DNA from: Syntrophales bacterium
Lineage (GTDB): Bacteria; Desulfobacterota; Syntrophia; Syntrophales; UBA2210
Length of the DNA stretch: 64,000 nt
Assembly (NCBI GenBank): GCA_963666365.2
Contig: CAXXNF010000001.1
Location: forward strand, 32,001-96,000
Direction of reading: 5' to 3'
Within the stretch, counting starts at the first letter, position 1. Every line of letters starts with the position of its first letter. The notes under the pieces were generated by a model. That model saw only the letters and a list, made by a program, of their open reading frames with translations, ran no database searches and was not told the origin of the DNA. The translations under genes and the position numbers were made by a program. This document shows positions 29,100 through 40,788 of the stretch, piece after piece.

Positions 29100-29882
29100 A
29101 TGGCGTACGAATATGAAAAGTTGGTAGTGGAACAGGATGGCATGGTAGTGATAGCGGCAATTAATCATCCGCCTGCAAATTCCATGGGCCAGGGTGTGTT
29201 AAGGGATATCAACGACCTGCTCGACAAGTGCGAAAATGACGATAATGTCAGGGTCATCGTGCTGACCGGCACGGGGGAGAAACTCTTCTCAGCCGGCGCC
29301 GACATTACGGAATTTGCAGATATTCAGGCAGGCAAAACTCCCAAGTACGACGGCAATGAAATTTATTTCAGAATCGAGAACTATCCGAAGGTCATAATCG
29401 CCGCGATTCAGGGCGGCGCCTACGGCGGCGGTCTCGAGCTGGCATGCTGCTGCCATCTGAGAGTCATGGCTGAAGAAGCCACGCTGGGGCTCCCCGAAGT
29501 GAAACTGGGCCTCAACCCGGGGTGGGGAGGCACACAGCGTCTTCCCAGGTTCATCGGAAAAACCAAGGCCCTCGAACTGATGTTGACGGGCGACTTCATG
29601 CCTGCAAAGGATGCCTTGACGCTGGGACTCCTGAATAAGGTAGTGCCGAAGGCTCAGGTACTGGAAGAAGCCAAGGCCCTGGCGAAGAAGCTTGCCGCCG
29701 GCGCCCCTGTGGCACAGCGTGAAATCATGAAAGCGGTAAGAGAAGGACTGGAAGCGAGTATTCGGGAAGGCGTTCTCGTAATCGAGCGTGGGGCAAGCGC
29801 GGCGCTGAGATATACGGAAGACTTTGCCGAAGGCTCCAGAGCATTCCTGGAGAAGAGAAAACCCAACTTCAAGGGACGCTAA
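29100..29882 (+). CDS. Enoyl-CoA hydratase/isomerase family protein
   Basis: FSAGADI, GGGLELA, LPEVKLG, GWGGTQRLPR. Confidence 0.93.
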   Translation: MAYEYEKLVVEQDGMVVIAAINHPPANSMGQGVLRDINDLLDKCENDDNVRVIVLTGTGEKLFSAGADITEFADIQAGKTPKYDGNEIYFRIENYPKVIIAAIQGGAYGGGLELACCCHLRVMAEEATLGLPEVKLGLNPGWGGTQRLPRFIGKTKALELMLTGDFMPAKDALTLGLLNKVVPKAQVLEEAKALAKKLAAGAPVAQREIMKAVREGLEASIREGVLVIERGASAALRYTEDFAEGSRAFLEKRKPNFKGR

Positions 29883-29923
29883 CCGAATTTTTTTCTCGCC
29901 TCGCAGCGAGCACTTGAACACCT

Positions 29924-29954
29924 GTCCCTCCCCGCCAAGGGGAGGGACCTTTTA
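29924..29954 (+). terminator. Rho-independent terminator
   Basis: GTCCCTCCCC..GGGGAGGGAC stem + T tract. Confidence 0.7.
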
Positions 29955-29980
29955 TTACTGCTATGAAAAATTTTTTTACT

Positions 29981-30988
29981 ATGTCAGAAAAGAAAAATCG
30001 TTTAAAGATCGACAATGTCGCACAGTTTATCACACACCATTTCCGGCATTTCAATGCGGCGGCTCTCGTCGATGCCGCTGAGGGATACCGGAAACTGATC
30101 GATGAAGGCGGCTGCATGTGCATGGTGCTTGCCGGCGCCATGAGTACGGCGGAACTGGGGTTGTCGCTTGCAGAGATGATCAGACAGGACAAAGTGCACG
30201 CGGTGTGCTGCACCGGAGCGAACCTGGAAGAGGACATCTTCAATCTGGTGGCTCACGATCACTACCGGCGCATTCCACACTACCGCGATTTGACGCCTTC
30301 CGACGAAGCGGCGCTTCTGGAACGCCACCTGAATCGCGTCACCGACACCTGTATTCCGGAAGAAGAAGCAATCAGGCGCATCGAACAGGCCATCTTCGAC
30401 CTCTGGAAAGAAGCCGACGACAGAGGGGAACGGCTTTTCCCTCACGAATTCATATATCGCCTTCTTGAAAGCGAACGGCTCGTTCCCTCCTACCAGATCG
30501 ATCCGCTGGATAGCTGGGTGATCGCCGCCCACGAAAAGGGGCTTCCCATCATCGTACCGGGCTGGGAGGACTCGACGCTGGGCAACATATACGCGTCGCA
30601 CTGCATTCGGAACCACATAACCAATGTGCATACCGTGCGAAGCGGCATCGAATACATGATGATGCTCGCCGACTGGTACCGGAAAACGTCTGCGGAAGTA
30701 CCGATCGGGTTCTTCCAGATCGGCGGAGGCATTGCGGGGGATTTCCCTATTTGCGTGGTTCCCATGCTGCGTCAGGACATGGAGCTCGAGAACACGCCCC
30801 TGTGGAAATATTTCTGCCAGATCAGCGACTCCACCACCAGCTATGGCTCCTATTCCGGGGCTGTGCCGAACGAAAAGATCACCTGGGAAAAACTGGGCAT
30901 CGACACGCCGCGCTATGTGATAGAATCCGACGCAACTATTGTGGCGCCGCTTATCTTTGCCTATGTACTGGCAGACGCTCATCCCTGA
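29981..30988 (+). CDS. Deoxyhypusine synthase family protein
   Basis: LAGAMSTAELG, TGANLEED, SYSGAVPNEKITW, IESDATIVAP. Confidence 0.92.
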   Translation: MSEKKNRLKIDNVAQFITHHFRHFNAAALVDAAEGYRKLIDEGGCMCMVLAGAMSTAELGLSLAEMIRQDKVHAVCCTGANLEEDIFNLVAHDHYRRIPHYRDLTPSDEAALLERHLNRVTDTCIPEEEAIRRIEQAIFDLWKEADDRGERLFPHEFIYRLLESERLVPSYQIDPLDSWVIAAHEKGLPIIVPGWEDSTLGNIYASHCIRNHITNVHTVRSGIEYMMMLADWYRKTSAEVPIGFFQIGGGIAGDFPICVVPMLRQDMELENTPLWKYFCQISDSTTSYGSYSGAVPNEKITWEKLGIDTPRYVIESDATIVAPLIFAYVLADAHP

Positions 30989-31035
30989 GGCATTCACGGA
31001 ACATCGCATAGCGACAATCCTCCAGAAAGGCGTAA

Positions 31036-32151
<1,116 letters not shown>

Positions 32152-32154
32152 GTA

Positions 32155-32364
32155 ATGATACTACGCGGAAAGAAGAGCGGAACAACGAGACTCGAAGACA
32201 TCGTCGCCATGATTCGGTTCGATGGCACGGTTCTCTGCATGAAATGCGCCGACGACAAGGATCTGGGCGGCGTCATGTCGGATGAAGATCTGATTACACG
32301 GCAAAGCATCAGGGATGACGACTGCTATATCTGCGACCGCTGCGGAAAAGAAATACGGGGATAA
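32155..32364 (+). CDS. Small Zn-ribbon-like hypothetical protein
   Basis: CMKC...CDRC pairs; starts 3 bp after leuB. Confidence 0.65.
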   Translation: MILRGKKSGTTRLEDIVAMIRFDGTVLCMKCADDKDLGGVMSDEDLITRQSIRDDDCYICDRCGKEIRG

Positions 32365-32476
32365 ACTATTCTATCCCCGCCCTCAGAACCGGTAAAAACG
32401 CCTGTCGCTGATTGAGCTCGTCGCCGGAGCGCTCACCTCATCGATTTACCGCGACAGAGGGCTTTTTGCGAAACCG

Positions 32477-32974
32477 TCATTGGTGCTTTTTTTTCTTTCT
32501 CGTGTACTCCACCAACCCCCCTGCCCCAATCAGTTCAGCCATAAACAGAGGAATTGCATTTCCTTCAAACCGTTTGACATCGCAAACCCTTTCAATAATT
32601 CCCGTTGAGAGCTCCACGCGCGCCTCATCGCCATCGGACAATTCCTTCGCGGCGTCTTGAGACTCAATGAGAGGAAGCCCGATATTGAAGGCATTGCGAT
32701 AAAAAATTCGGGCAAAACTTTCGGCGATTATCAGCGCGATGCCGGCCTCCTTGATTGCAAGGGGGGCATGTTCCCTGGAGGAACCACAGCCGAAGTTGCG
32801 CCCTGCAACGATAATATCACCCGAAGACACCGACTTTGCAAAGTCCGGTCTAAGATCGGCAAAGCAACTCTTGGCGAGCTCGGCCCCATCGGATACGTTG
32901 AGAAATCTGGCGGGTATGATGAGATCCGTATCAATGTCGTCGCCGAATTTCCATACTTTCCCCTCTATCTTCAT
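32477..32974 (-). CDS. leuD: 3-isopropylmalate dehydratase small subunit
   Basis: DIDTDLIIP, NFGCGSSREHA, FARIFYRNA. Confidence 0.95.
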   Translation of the reverse strand: MKIEGKVWKFGDDIDTDLIIPARFLNVSDGAELAKSCFADLRPDFAKSVSSGDIIVAGRNFGCGSSREHAPLAIKEAGIALIIAESFARIFYRNAFNIGLPLIESQDAAKELSDGDEARVELSTGIIERVCDVKRFEGNAIPLFMAELIGAGGLVEYTRKKKKHQ

Positions 32975-33070
32975 AATGCTGTCCATCCTTTCACGTTCCA
33001 GAATGCTTCTTGTGACGTTTATTACGTGCCGCAGTGTGCGATTGAAGCCTTGCTGCACCTCAATCAACCG

Positions 33071-34330
33071 CTACAGATCATCGGGCCCCCCAATTTTACC
33101 GAGCACCGCCGAGGCCGCTGCCACAGCGGGGTTACTGAGATAAACCTCGCTTCGGGGGTGCCCCATCCTGCCAATGAAATTTCTGTTCGTTGTGGCGACG
33201 GCCCGCTCGCCCTCGGCAAGGATGCCCATATGGCCGCCCAGGCAGGGGCCGCAGCAGGGAGGTCCGATGACGGCGCCTGCATCGAGCAGCGTCTCTACAA
33301 TGCCTTCCTGAATGGCCTGCTTATAGATGAGAGGAGATCCGGGTATTACAATGAGCCGCAGTCCCTTCGCGGCACGGCGTCCCTTCAGAATGGCAGCGGC
33401 ATCCCTTAAATCCTCCAGTGATCCGTTGGTGCAGGAACCGATAAAGGCCTGATCGATCTCTACCGTGCCGACCTGCGACAGTTCACGCACATTGGCGGGA
33501 GAATGGGGAAATGCTACCTGAGGCGCCACAGCGGTTGCATCTATTTCAATGACCCGTTCATAGCGCGCGTCGGGATCGCTTTTAAGTACTGCCGGCGTTA
33601 CCGGCATTTTTGCCTTGAGGAATGAGAATGTTGCCTCATCGGGTTCGAATATGCCGTTCTTTCCGCCTGCTTCTATTGCCATGTTGGCCATCGTCAGACG
33701 GTGGGACATCGTAAGGCCGCTGACCGTGTCGCCCGTAAATTCGAGCGCCGAATAAAGGGCGCCCTCCACGCCGATCATGCCGATCAGATAGAGAATCAAA
33801 TCCTTCCCCCCCACATAGGGCCTGCGGGTTCCCTTGATTATGATCCTGATCGTGGGCGGAACTTTGAGCCATATCTCACCCGTTGCCATAGTGACCCCGA
33901 GGTCGGTACTTCCCACACCGGTAGAAAAAGCGCCAAGGGCCCCGTAAGTGCATGTATGGCTATCGGCGCCGATAATTACCTCGCCCGGAAGGACCAGTCC
34001 CTTTTCGGGGAGAATTACGTGTTCAATTCCCGATTCGCCTCCCTCATAATAATGGGTGATATTCTGCTCACGGGCAAAATCGCGCATCAATTTCACCTGT
34101 TGGGCGGACGCGATATCTTTGTTCGGCACAAAGTGATCGGCCACCAGTGTAACCCTGTCCCTGTCAAACACCCCCTTTACACCGGTTTCCCTGAATACCT
34201 TAATTGCAATCGGCGCCGTTATGTCGTTGGCAAGCGTTCTGTCCACCTTGACCTCTATCAGATCTCCCGGGGCAACCGCATCCAGCCCCGCGTGCCTTGC
34301 CAGGATCTTTTCCGTCATTGTCATCGGCAT
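33071..34330 (-). CDS. leuC: 3-isopropylmalate dehydratase large subunit
   Basis: GADSHTCT, IGSCTNG, CGPCLG, TTNRNF. Confidence 0.95.
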   Translation of the reverse strand: MPMTMTEKILARHAGLDAVAPGDLIEVKVDRTLANDITAPIAIKVFRETGVKGVFDRDRVTLVADHFVPNKDIASAQQVKLMRDFAREQNITHYYEGGESGIEHVILPEKGLVLPGEVIIGADSHTCTYGALGAFSTGVGSTDLGVTMATGEIWLKVPPTIRIIIKGTRRPYVGGKDLILYLIGMIGVEGALYSALEFTGDTVSGLTMSHRLTMANMAIEAGGKNGIFEPDEATFSFLKAKMPVTPAVLKSDPDARYERVIEIDATAVAPQVAFPHSPANVRELSQVGTVEIDQAFIGSCTNGSLEDLRDAAAILKGRRAAKGLRLIVIPGSPLIYKQAIQEGIVETLLDAGAVIGPPCCGPCLGGHMGILAEGERAVATTNRNFIGRMGHPRSEVYLSNPAVAAASAVLGKIGGPDDL

Positions 34331-34488
34331 AGTATCAGTCTCCACAGTTTATTTCTCACCAGCGCGTATAGTATATGTTTTCACGCTTGTAAATCAAATA
34401 GTAATTACTTGAAGGATTTGCGCATACCTTTCCTTTTTCCGGGGATATTATGCATATGCAAAAACATCGAACGTCGGAAACTTCGCTG

Positions 34489-36045
34489 TCAGACAGATGG
34501 TTCTTCCGGACGTCTCCGTTCCAGGTTTTTCATCGACTCCAGACGGTTGAGCGCATTAATGTATGCCTTTGCGGTTGCGACCAGCACATCGGGATCCGAC
34601 CCTCTTCCACTTACGGTATAGCCGTTAAAACCGATCTGCACGGTGACCACGCCCTGAGCGTCGGTTCCTCCGGTAATGGCATTCACGGCATATTTAACGA
34701 GTGAGTGCTTTGTTTTCGTAATTTTCTTTATTGCGGCAAAGGTGGCATCCACCGGTCCGACGCCAAACTCCGCATCCTGCAGCACCTTTCCCGCCACCTC
34801 CATACGGACCGCTGCCGTCGGGATGGCCGCATTGCCGCTGACCACATTGAGATAGAGCAGTTTGTACTTGTCCGGCTCCCTGAAAATAATATCGGAAATG
34901 ATTTCCTCCAGATCCTCGTCGAATACCTCCTTCTTGATATCAGCCACTTCCTTGAAACGGCTGAACACCTTGTCCACCTCCTCACCGGTCAGATTAAACC
35001 CAAGCTTTTTCAGGTGTTCCTTTATGGCATGTCGTCCCGAATGTTTTCCCAGAACGATATTGGTTTCCGTCACACCGACGCTTTCCGGCGTCATAATCTC
35101 GTAGGTAATCTTCTCCTTGATTAAACCGTCCTGATGTATGCCCGATTCATGAGAAAAGGCGTTTGTTCCCACGATAGCCTTGTTCGGCTGTACGGGCACG
35201 CCGGTAATATCCTGAAGCAGCCGCGAGGTACGGTACAGGTTCTTCGTCTTTATGTTGGTATGAAATCCCAGAATGTCTTTTCTGGTTTCCAGGGCCATGA
35301 CCACTTCCTCCAGTGAACAGTTCCCCGCTCTTTCACCGATACCATTGATCGCACACTCTATCTGTCGCGCACCCTGCTTTACCGCCGCGATACTGTTTGC
35401 CACGGCGACACCCAGATCGTTGTGGCAATGAATCGATATGACGGCGTCGTGTATGTTGGACACATGGGCAAAGAGATAGGCAACCAGTTCACCCAGTTCA
35501 TCGGGCATAGCATACCCCACAGTATCGGGAATGTTTACTGTCGCCGCGCCCGCCGCAATGACTGCGCCCACCATTTCGCAGAGGTAGTCCCTGTCGGTCC
35601 TTGTGGCATCCATTGGGGAAAACTCCACATTGTCCGTATGCCCTTTCGCATGTTCCACCGCACGTACCGCCTCTTTCAGAACCTGATCTCTCGTTTTTTT
35701 CAGCTGGTACTTCAGGTGAATGTCCGATGACGATATAAAGGTATGGATGCGAGGGTGGGCGGCCTCCTTGACCGCGTTCCAGGCCCGGTCGATATCTTTG
35801 AGATCGGCCCGTGCAAGAGCCGCGATCTGGGGTCTTCTAATCTGCCGGGCTATTTCCCGCACTGCCGTAAAATCTCCCTCAGATGCAACCGGAAATCCGG
35901 CTTCAATGATATCGACGCCCAGCTTTTCCAACTGACGGGCAAAACGGAGTTTCTCCTGCAGGTTCATGCTGAATCCGGGCGATTGCTCTCCGTCTCTTAA
36001 GGTCGTATCAAAAATAAATACCCTGTTGTTTTTCGCTGACATCAT
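34489..36045 (-). CDS. leuA: 2-isopropylmalate synthase
   Basis: DTTLRDGEQSPG, HCHNDLG, HESGIHQDG, regulatory domain. Confidence 0.97.
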   Translation of the reverse strand: MMSAKNNRVFIFDTTLRDGEQSPGFSMNLQEKLRFARQLEKLGVDIIEAGFPVASEGDFTAVREIARQIRRPQIAALARADLKDIDRAWNAVKEAAHPRIHTFISSSDIHLKYQLKKTRDQVLKEAVRAVEHAKGHTDNVEFSPMDATRTDRDYLCEMVGAVIAAGAATVNIPDTVGYAMPDELGELVAYLFAHVSNIHDAVISIHCHNDLGVAVANSIAAVKQGARQIECAINGIGERAGNCSLEEVVMALETRKDILGFHTNIKTKNLYRTSRLLQDITGVPVQPNKAIVGTNAFSHESGIHQDGLIKEKITYEIMTPESVGVTETNIVLGKHSGRHAIKEHLKKLGFNLTGEEVDKVFSRFKEVADIKKEVFDEDLEEIISDIIFREPDKYKLLYLNVVSGNAAIPTAAVRMEVAGKVLQDAEFGVGPVDATFAAIKKITKTKHSLVKYAVNAITGGTDAQGVVTVQIGFNGYTVSGRGSDPDVLVATAKAYINALNRLESMKNLERRRPEEPSV

Positions 36046-36088
36046 TTTATCCTCCTTATTTCACAAAATATTTCTTTGAAATTGCCAT

Positions 36089-36123
36089 AAAAAAAGGCCA
36101 TGAGCGTGATGCCCATGGCCTTT
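36089..36123 (-). terminator. leuA attenuator terminator
   Basis: AAAGGCCATGGGC..GCTCATGGCC followed by T7. Confidence 0.85.
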
Positions 36124-36146
36124 GAAGTCTCTTTTTCTATATCAGA

Positions 36147-36263
36147 TCATTCTCTCCATAAAGGGGCGGGCAGCACGCGGGAGATGTGCCTAAGGGTAAG
36201 AGCGAGGCTAAGACCCAGCAGAACTATCGCGTATAAAGAAATCAACTGCCCCAAAATAGTCAC
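36147..36263 (-). CDS. Leu-rich leader peptide (38 aa)
   Basis: MTILGQLISLYAIVLLGLSLALTLRHISRVLPAPLWRE (11 Leu), GTG start, upstream of the terminator. Confidence 0.75.
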   Translation of the reverse strand: MTILGQLISLYAIVLLGLSLALTLRHISRVLPAPLWRE

Positions 36264-36330
36264 AATTCCTATCCTTCGAAAAAATTAAAGCGTATGCTAA
36301 CCTAATATTTCGGTTCTGTCAAATGTTTTT

Positions 36331-36371
36331 TGGTCTAGCTGGTCTATCTGGTCTATTTGGTCTGTTTGGTC
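36331..36371. repeat. 9-bp tandem repeat
   Basis: TGGTCTAGC TGGTCTATC TGGTCTATT TGGTCTGTT TGGTC. Confidence 0.8.
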
Positions 36372-37965
36372 ACGTCGACACCGGTTTTGGCCCGCCGTTC
36401 TTACACAGCTTGTACTGCAGGCTGTCAATCAATGCCTGCCAGCTGGCCTCAATAATGTTTGCCGACACGCCGATGGTCGTCCAGATTTCTTCTTCATCCC
36501 TTGATTCCAGCAAAACTCTCACCTTGGCAGCCGTACCGTCGCTTCCTTCGAGAATTCGCACTTTGAAGTCCACCAGATGCATCTCATTCAACTGGGGATA
36601 AAACTTTCTCAAGGCCTTTCTCAACGCGTTGTCGAGAGCATTTACGGGACCGATACCTTCAGCCGCGGTGATTTCAGTCTCTTTACCCACCGATATCTTG
36701 ATCGTCGCCTGTGAAGCGGAGGCGCTTTTTTTGTTTTTCTCATCGATCACTCTGAATGATTCAAGCGTAAAGGGCTCGACAAATTCCCCAATGGCCTTCT
36801 TTATCAGCAGGGCCAGTGATCCGTCGGCGGCATCGAACTGATACCCCTCGTCTTCCATTTTCTTGATGGCACTTACAATCTTTCTGCTGACTCCATTCGT
36901 CCCATCAAGCGATATTCCCAGTTCCTGAGCCTTGTACTCTATATTACTTTTACCGGCCAGATCCGATACAATCACCCTTCGATGGTTTCCCACCAACTCC
37001 GGATCGGCATGCTCATAGGCGACGGGATTTTTCAGGATGGCGCTCACATGCACCCCCCCTTTATGTGCAAAAGCGCTCTTGCCTACATAAGGGCGGGAAT
37101 TCACAGGCGGCACATTGGCCACATCGCTCACGTAACGGGACAGAGTCGTCAGGTGGCTGATCGACGACGGGGGGAGTGAATTCCGTTTCATTTTGATGGC
37201 CAGGTTTCCTGCAATCGTGATCAAATCCGCGTTTCCACAACGCTCGCCGTAGCCGTTCACCGTGCCCTGAACCATCCGGACCCCTGCATGCACAGCGGCA
37301 ATCGAATTTGCAACAGCAATTCCGCAGTCGTTGTGTGCATGGATGCCGAGTTCACCGGGCGGTATGATTTTTTTCACATCCTCGATAATGTCCAACAGCT
37401 CCCAGGTAAGGGTTCCGCCGTTCGTATCGCAGAGGACCACCATGTCGGCGCCGGCCGCCCGTGCTCTTGTGATTGTGGTAAGGGCATATTCCCTGTTGTG
37501 TTTGTATCCATCAAAGAAATGCTCCGCATCATAAATGACTTCTTTTCCGCGCGCCTTCAAGTAGGCAACCGTATCTTCGATCATGCTGAGATTTTCCTCA
37601 AGCGATACGCTGAGGATCTCAATTGCATGAAGATCCCAGCTCTTACCGAAAACAGTTACAACCGGCGTACAGGCATCGACAAGGGCCTGTACGTTGGGAC
37701 ACTCCTCCGGACGAATCCCCTGCTTCCGGGTGCTTCCAAAGGCGGCAAGGCGTATGTGGTTGAATTTTTCTTTTTTGGCCAGTTTAAAAAACCGCATATC
37801 CTTCGGATTTGATCCCGGCCATCCGCCCTCCACATAATGAAAGGACGCCTCATCCAGCCGCCGCGCGATGGCAAGTTTCTCTTCCACGGAAAACCCTACC
37901 TGTTCACCCTGGGCACCGTCTCTTAATGTGGTATCATAAATAAGCACGTCTGTTGTATCCATCAC
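36370..37965 (-). CDS. cimA: Citramalate synthase
   Basis: DTTLRDGAQGE, EGGWPGSNPKD, GKSWDLH, DAEHFFDG, AFAHKGGVH. Confidence 0.95.
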   Translation of the reverse strand: MMDTTDVLIYDTTLRDGAQGEQVGFSVEEKLAIARRLDEASFHYVEGGWPGSNPKDMRFFKLAKKEKFNHIRLAAFGSTRKQGIRPEECPNVQALVDACTPVVTVFGKSWDLHAIEILSVSLEENLSMIEDTVAYLKARGKEVIYDAEHFFDGYKHNREYALTTITRARAAGADMVVLCDTNGGTLTWELLDIIEDVKKIIPPGELGIHAHNDCGIAVANSIAAVHAGVRMVQGTVNGYGERCGNADLITIAGNLAIKMKRNSLPPSSISHLTTLSRYVSDVANVPPVNSRPYVGKSAFAHKGGVHVSAILKNPVAYEHADPELVGNHRRVIVSDLAGKSNIEYKAQELGISLDGTNGVSRKIVSAIKKMEDEGYQFDAADGSLALLIKKAIGEFVEPFTLESFRVIDEKNKKSASASQATIKISVGKETEITAAEGIGPVNALDNALRKALRKFYPQLNEMHLVDFKVRILEGSDGTAAKVRVLLESRDEEEIWTTIGVSANIIEASWQALIDSLQYKLCKNGGPKPVST

Positions 37966-37979
37966 CGTTATTCTCCCAT

Positions 37980-38017
37980 AAAAAAACCCGCTGCCAGCGA
38001 CGCTGATAACGGGTTTT
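37980..38017 (-). terminator. cimA attenuator terminator
   Basis: AAAACCCGTTATCAGCG..GCTGGCAGCGGG followed by T7. Confidence 0.85.
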
Positions 38018-38053
38018 GTATTTTTCTCATTCAGAAAGAATCTTATACCATCA

Positions 38054-38125
38054 TCAGGTCGGGCGTCTACATGCCTCCCTAATTATGCCACTAATTATAA
38101 TGATGGTTATAAGAATTCTCATCAT
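38054..38125 (-). CDS. Ile-rich leader peptide (23 aa)
   Basis: MMRILITIIIISGIIREACRRPT (8 Ile), directly upstream of the terminator and cimA. Confidence 0.85.
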   Translation of the reverse strand: MMRILITIIIISGIIREACRRPT

Positions 38126-38231
38126 ATGGATGTAACTGCTTCTTTCCTGTAGTGTAATTTTGCATTTATAGCCTTGAACCACTTTCTTGTCAATGAGAAA
38201 AATGCGTTTATCCCACAGTTCCTGAAAAAAT

Positions 38232-39026
38232 CTAAAGATAGGAACGGCCGCCTATATAGCAGCTGTGGTAAAATCCCTGTAACAGTTCATCAACACGGAC
38301 GTGCTTTCCCGTTCTCGGTGCATGGATAAAATAGCCATCGCCGGCATAAATGCCGACATGCGATACATTGCCGCTCCCTTTCGTATCGAAGAACACCAGA
38401 TCCCCTTCCGCAAGACTGTCAAAATCAACGGCCTCACCACACTCATACTGGCGCCATGATGTCCGGGGAAGACGCAGGCCATTAAGCCGGTACACCGACA
38501 TGGCCAACCCGCTGCAATCGAACCCTTCATCTTCCGAGGCAGCACCCCATTTATAAGGAATACCGAGAAAGCTCCTTGCTGTTTTAACCAGTTCCTGACG
38601 GACATACCTTTCTCCATAGGTTCCTCGCCGGGCCAGAGAAAGCTCGTCGGGACGGACGATGTAGAACTCTTCAATAATATGCGCATCCTTGAGCTCCTGC
38701 GCTTTGACGCGTGCGATCTCCTGAGTGGCAAAATCTCCAAATCTGACCTTGTAAAGACCGCTTTTATACACGAAATAGTACGCATCGAGGCCGTAACCGT
38801 TCAAACAATCGGTGAGACTGCTCGCATTGTCCACGTTCGAAAAGGCTCCTGCCTGGATGGTATACCCAATCGGTGCCGGCAGTTCCTTTTTTATAATCTC
38901 AAGTCTTTTGCTCGGCGCTGCCGGTCTGTAGACAGCGCATGAGGCAACAAACAGGAGTGACGCGATACATAACACTACCTTTGTGGCGACACCGCAAATC
39001 GGCTTCTTTCCGTCGTGAGAGATCAT
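38232..39026 (-). CDS. NlpC/P60 peptidase lipoprotein with SPOR domain
   Basis: Lipobox VASC, YTIQAGAF, PYKWG..FDCSGL, HVGIYAG; start uncertain. Confidence 0.9.
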   Translation of the reverse strand: MISHDGKKPICGVATKVVLCIASLLFVASCAVYRPAAPSKRLEIIKKELPAPIGYTIQAGAFSNVDNASSLTDCLNGYGLDAYYFVYKSGLYKVRFGDFATQEIARVKAQELKDAHIIEEFYIVRPDELSLARRGTYGERYVRQELVKTARSFLGIPYKWGAASEDEGFDCSGLAMSVYRLNGLRLPRTSWRQYECGEAVDFDSLAEGDLVFFDTKGSGNVSHVGIYAGDGYFIHAPRTGKHVRVDELLQGFYHSCYIGGRSYL

Positions 39027-39230
39027 AGAGGTCCTTTTCCAAGGCGGATATCTTTTTTGATACTTTACAGCCAATACACCATGAGTTCAAGTTTTTGCTC
39101 TCACCCCCCTTTGTGCCCCAGACTCAGGGAATGCCTCGCATAAAATTGCAAAGTGGAGTACAAGGAATGTTCTATTCGAGGACGCGGGATTTTGCCTCCC
39201 CGAATAAAGACAAGAGGAGATAGACCGACT

Positions 39231-40670
39231 ATGCAGGGCATTTCCCGGCGTATTGCCGATCGATGGCGCCGGAAAGGAGGATATCGAGAGCTCCTGACCA
39301 TTGCTATTCCTCTGATTGCCAGCACTTCGACTTGGTCTATTCAACATTTCATAGATCGCATGTTTCTGACCTGGCATTCTCCGGCTGCCATTGCCGCCTC
39401 AATGCCGGCAGGCATGCTGTCTTTTACGATCACCTGCATTTTTATTGGCACCGCAAGCTATGCAGGAACATTCATCGCGCAATATTACGGAGCGGGACAG
39501 TACGAGAGATGCGGGCACTCTCTCTGGCAGGGCATATATGTGGGCCTTATCGGGGGATCGATACAGATTCTTCTTATTCCCTTTGCCGGCCAGATATTCA
39601 ATCTGATCGGACATGCGCAGGAAGTCCGGGAGGCTGAACACACTTATTTTGTTATTCTCAGCTTCGGTGCACCTTTCGTCATTGTTTCATCGGCCATCGC
39701 CAGTCTCTTTTCGGGTCTGGGACGTACCTGGCCCGTACTATGGGTAAACGTTATCGCCATGATGGTCAACCTGTTCATGGACTGGGCTTTAATATTCGGG
39801 AACTGGGGATTCCCTGCAATGGGCATTGCCGGCGCCGGAATCGCCACGGTTCTGGGATTTATTGCCGCCACGGCAGCGTATTTATTTCTCATCCTTCGCC
39901 CCGGCTATGCCGAAAAATACGCCACAATCAGAGGCTGGCGCTTCGAATGGACGCTATTCAAAAGGCTTATCAGGTTCGGTGTTCCGAGCGGAGTGCAGTT
40001 TTTCATAGATATAGCCGGTTTTACGGTCTTCGTCCTTCTAATCGGCCGTCTGGGAACTGTATCGCTCGCAGCCACCAATATCGCCTTCAATATAAGCACC
40101 CTGGCCTTCATGCCTATGATCGGCCTAGGCATCGCAACCTCCATGCTCACAGGTCAGAGACTGGGAGAACAAAAGCCTGAACTGGCGGAAAGATCCGCCT
40201 ATTCGGCCTTTCACCTTGCCTTTCTCTATATGGGACTCATCGCATCACTCTTCATGTTCTTTCCCGATTGCTTTATCGCTGCCTTTTCACACCATTCCGA
40301 ACCAGAAAGTTTTATTGCCATTCGAACCCTTACGGTAACCCTTCTTCGATTCGTCGCACTCTACTGCCTCTTTGATGCAGTAGGCATTATCTTCGCCTCG
40401 GCCGTGAAGGGCGCAGGCGATACACGCTTTGTCATGACCATGATGCTTGTCCTGTCAGCGGTACTTCTTGTAATCCCCAGTTATCTGGCAATCGTGCATT
40501 TTTCGCTGGGCATCTACATCGCATGGACCTTCGCAACGATATATGTGATAATTCTCAGCATCGCCTTTTACCTGCGATTCGCAGGGGGCAAATGGAAATC
40601 GATGCGCGTCATAGAAGAGGTTGCCACGGTTGTTCCTCCCACATTTCCGGAGTCACCGGTGACCGAATAG
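39231..40670 (+). CDS. MATE family efflux transporter
   Basis: Multi-TM; FIDRMFL, AQYYGA, KGAGDT. Confidence 0.92.
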   Translation: MQGISRRIADRWRRKGGYRELLTIAIPLIASTSTWSIQHFIDRMFLTWHSPAAIAASMPAGMLSFTITCIFIGTASYAGTFIAQYYGAGQYERCGHSLWQGIYVGLIGGSIQILLIPFAGQIFNLIGHAQEVREAEHTYFVILSFGAPFVIVSSAIASLFSGLGRTWPVLWVNVIAMMVNLFMDWALIFGNWGFPAMGIAGAGIATVLGFIAATAAYLFLILRPGYAEKYATIRGWRFEWTLFKRLIRFGVPSGVQFFIDIAGFTVFVLLIGRLGTVSLAATNIAFNISTLAFMPMIGLGIATSMLTGQRLGEQKPELAERSAYSAFHLAFLYMGLIASLFMFFPDCFIAAFSHHSEPESFIAIRTLTVTLLRFVALYCLFDAVGIIFASAVKGAGDTRFVMTMMLVLSAVLLVIPSYLAIVHFSLGIYIAWTFATIYVIILSIAFYLRFAGGKWKSMRVIEEVATVVPPTFPESPVTE

Positions 40671-40788
40671 CGCAGACGCGTAAAAAGTTATCCTTGAACT
40701 TAGAAACCCAAACATTTATGGTATACCCCATTCGGAAGGATCAGCAGCGGCAGTACTTGCAACATACATCCAAAATAGGAGACAGTGC

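Noticed and set aside
36331..36371. CRISPR array
   Set aside because: Only 9-bp tandem units without spacers; no array or cas genes seen anywhere in the window.
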